Below, one piece after another: positions 61,676 to 64,000 of a stretch of DNA of 64,000 nucleotides (position 1 is its first letter; the number at the start of each line of letters is the position of its first letter). Under the pieces are notes generated by a model, which saw only the letters and a program-made list of their open reading frames with translations, was not told where the DNA came from and ran no database searches. The stretch is from an uncultured delta proteobacterium. Lineage in GTDB: Bacteria; Desulfobacterota; RBG-13-43-22. The stretch is taken from the NCBI GenBank assembly GCA_963790475.1, contig CAWBOS010000011.1:224001-288000 (forward strand). The letters run 5' to 3'. A program made the translations under genes and the position numbers.

Positions 61676-61943
61676 TTTTCCTATAGATCCATCTTCGGTT
61701 TTTTTCTGTAACCTTCTTGCTCACCGGGGAGGTGATCAATTTTTCAGAACCATTATTATTGAAGAAGATTTGGTTTTTATGGGAAAGAGTTTAAGGCATG
61801 GGAAATAAATGATCAAGAAGTAAAATCTCTCCCAATTTTTCAATTTGAATAATTCCCAGCAAAAGGTTATTCTGATAGTCTGGACCTTCAAAAATTGATT
61901 ACTCCTTTTTTAAATCCTTTATCCTGGGGATACAGAGGCCATA

Positions 61944-62651
61944 ATGCACTACTTTCCTGTAGCATTGCCTTTTCTGATTCTTTTTGCGGCCCTTCTCGCT
62001 GTTCTGATAGCGGTAGTTGAGGTAGGGGTTCTTCGCTACGCCTATCACAAGATCGGGATCGGGCCAAGGCACATGTTCCTCCTGTTGGCACTTTCTTTCC
62101 TGGGCAGCTACGTGAATATCCCCGTCTGGCAGCTTCCTCCCCATCCGATAGTTTTACCTGGTGTCGTATCCTTTTATGGTATACCTCAGGTCATTCCGAT
62201 CGTACGAGACTGGCCGGGGACGGTTATTGCGGTCAATCTCGGCGGGGCTATCATTCCCGTTTTTCTTTCTATCTACCTGCTCATAAAGAATAGACTGCTT
62301 CAGAAGAGCCTCGTCGGTATAGGCATTGTAACCGTTTGCGTGCACCTCATCGCCGAGCCCATGAAAGGCGTGGGGATTGCCGTTCCGACCTACGTCCCGC
62401 CTTTGATCGCCGCCGTAGTCGGATTATTCCTTTCCCGACAGTATGCGCCCCCCCTCGCCTACATAGCAGGAAGCCTCGGCACTCTCATCGGGGCCGACCT
62501 TCTCAATTTGGGGAAGATCCAGGGACTGGGCGCTCCTGTTGCTTCCATTGGGGGGGCAGGAACGTTTGACGGCATTTTTCTCACCGGGATCCTCGCCGTT
62601 CTCCTGGCAGGCCTTGTTTCGAAAGAGGGGGCTTCCAGACGCCGGAGGTGA
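61944..62651 (+). CDS. DUF1614-like membrane protein
   Basis: GSYVNIP, AVNLGGAIIP, GTLIGADL and SIGGAGTFDGIFL. Confidence 0.85.
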   Translation: MHYFPVALPFLILFAALLAVLIAVVEVGVLRYAYHKIGIGPRHMFLLLALSFLGSYVNIPVWQLPPHPIVLPGVVSFYGIPQVIPIVRDWPGTVIAVNLGGAIIPVFLSIYLLIKNRLLQKSLVGIGIVTVCVHLIAEPMKGVGIAVPTYVPPLIAAVVGLFLSRQYAPPLAYIAGSLGTLIGADLLNLGKIQGLGAPVASIGGAGTFDGIFLTGILAVLLAGLVSKEGASRRRR

Positions 62652-62784
62652 ATTGATGCCGGTATGGCCGGTTATGTAACAGGGTACTGCCAGGCCTGAT
62701 TCAGAAACAACGACTCGAATTAAAGGATTGAACGGCGGAGATTGGATGAATTGCCGAAAAAAATGATTTTGAATTGAGGGAAAA

Positions 62785-62829
62785 AACGCCCGAAGGTCGA
62801 GCCTGGAACAACGTCTTCCTTCGGGCGTT
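62785..62829. terminator. Hairpin between convergent genes
   Basis: aacgcccgaagg ... ccttcgggcgtt 12-bp stem; U tract on the minus strand. Confidence 0.55.
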
Positions 62830-62839
62830 CTCGGGGGGG

Positions 62840-64000
62840 CTAATTTGGTTTTACCGCGGCGAAGAGATGGTTTTCTCCTCTTTGAATAAAGAGCAGGATG
62901 TTGTCCTGACCTTTGATCTTTTCAATCTTCTGCAAAAAATCATCGGCATTCTTGACCGGTTTCCGGTTGACCTCCCGGATGACATCTCCGGGTTGGATAC
63001 CCGCCTCGTCGGCCGCGCTCCCGGATTCAACCTCGGCCACGACCACACCTCCTGGTTTTTTTAACCCAAGTCCCCGAGCGATTTCCGGAGTAAGGTTCTG
63101 GACTGTAATCCCCAGGGATGGCTGAGAAGAGGGCGCCCTGGCCGTAACTTCTTTTTCCTCCATTTCTCCAACTTTCAGGGAGCGATCCATGACTTTGCCT
63201 TCTCTGGACAGCTTCAAACCAACCAATTTCCCTATCGTTGTCGAAGCCACGATTCGGGGCAGGTCATTCGCTTCTGATATTTTTTTACCGTCAAACTCAA
63301 GGATGATATCCCCTTGCTCAATGCCGGCCTTTTCCGCCGGACTGCCCGGGTTTACCTGGGCCACCAGGGCGCCCCTATTTTCCTTGAGGCCGAATGACTT
63401 GGCCAAATCCGGGGTTACCTCCTGAATGGTCACGCCCAGCCAGCCTCGGGTCACATGGCCTTTATTCTGGAGTTGACCGGCAATGTTTTTGGCCATATTG
63501 ATCGGGATGGCAAAACCAATCCCCTGGCCTTGGGCCACAATGGCCGTGTTAATGCCGACCACTTCCCCTTTCATATTGATGAGGGGGCCTCCACTGTTGC
63601 CGGGGTTGATGGACGCATCCGTTTGAATAAAGTTATCATAAGGTCCGGATCCGATTACCCGACCCTTGGCGCTGACGATGCCCGCGGTCACGGTCTGTTC
63701 CAGTCCGAAAGGGCTGCCGATGGCCACGACCCAGTTGCCGACCTTCATATCCTCTGAGTTGCCAAGGTTCAGGGGGTGGAGATCCGAGGCCCCTTCGATC
63801 TTGAGCAAGGCCAGGTCGGTCTTGGGGTCCCGTCCGACGACCTTACCTGTATACTCCTTGCCGTTACTGAGTTTGACTTTAATCTGGTCGGCTTCTTCAA
63901 CCACATGATTATTGGTCAGGATATATCCGTCACGGCTGATGACAAACCCCGAACCAATGCCCCGCTGTTCGTACCCTCTTGGTGGGTTTCCATGGAAAAA
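62840..64000 (-). CDS. HtrA/DegP-DegQ serine protease with two PDZ domains; 5' end outside the window
   Basis: LTNNHVV, DLALLK, QTDASINPGNSGGP and RGWLGV. Confidence 0.92.
   Translation of the reverse strand, partial: FFHGNPPRGYEQRGIGSGFVISRDGYILTNNHVVEEADQIKVKLSNGKEYTGKVVGRDPKTDLALLKIEGASDLHPLNLGNSEDMKVGNWVVAIGSPFGLEQTVTAGIVSAKGRVIGSGPYDNFIQTDASINPGNSGGPLINMKGEVVGINTAIVAQGQGIGFAIPINMAKNIAGQLQNKGHVTRGWLGVTIQEVTPDLAKSFGLKENRGALVAQVNPGSPAEKAGIEQGDIILEFDGKKISEANDLPRIVASTTIGKLVGLKLSREGKVMDRSLKVGEMEEKEVTARAPSSQPSLGITVQNLTPEIARGLGLKKPGGVVVAEVESGSAADEAGIQPGDVIREVNRKPVKNADDFLQKIEKIKGQDNILLFIQRGENHLFAAVKPN

Overview
Bacterial chromosomal window, most likely from a Desulfobacterota (deltaproteobacterial) genome; this is inferred from gene content, sigma54 promoters and the intergenic palindromic repeats. 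The left part (1-18.6 kb) is mostly core: thiolase-like gene, Gld-like ABC system, dnaJ, glgP, bS22-like peptide, thiD, thiC, birA, fused purD-purE and an endonuclease Q-family gene. From the 3' end of the endoQ gene onward the window is a mosaic accessory region. Cargo blocks are separated by four recurring direct-repeat families: (A) diverged copies of the endoQ 3' end plus its downstream non-coding tail, (B) a 60-130 bp unidentified repeat, (C) 5' stubs of a REP-associated tyrosine transposase, and (D) a sigma54-promoter-bearing leader. No integrase is present in the window. Cargo includes an ECF sigma/anti-sigma/Spy-like/chromate-transporter cluster, a thiolase-like+DUF35 pair, a 2.4-kaa teneurin-like YD/Rhs protein with a PLA2-like tip and candidate immunity gene, a TIGR04255-like/unknown/ART-like triad (candidate toxin-antitoxin-chaperone defence system), BrnTA, a small protein + ClpP-fold protease pair, a large PilZ-like protein and a nested pair of IS1182 elements with CTAG target duplications. 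Single-base frameshifts in dnaJ, thiC, an esterase and one transposase may be sequencing errors. All family calls come from motif recognition by eye, not database searches.
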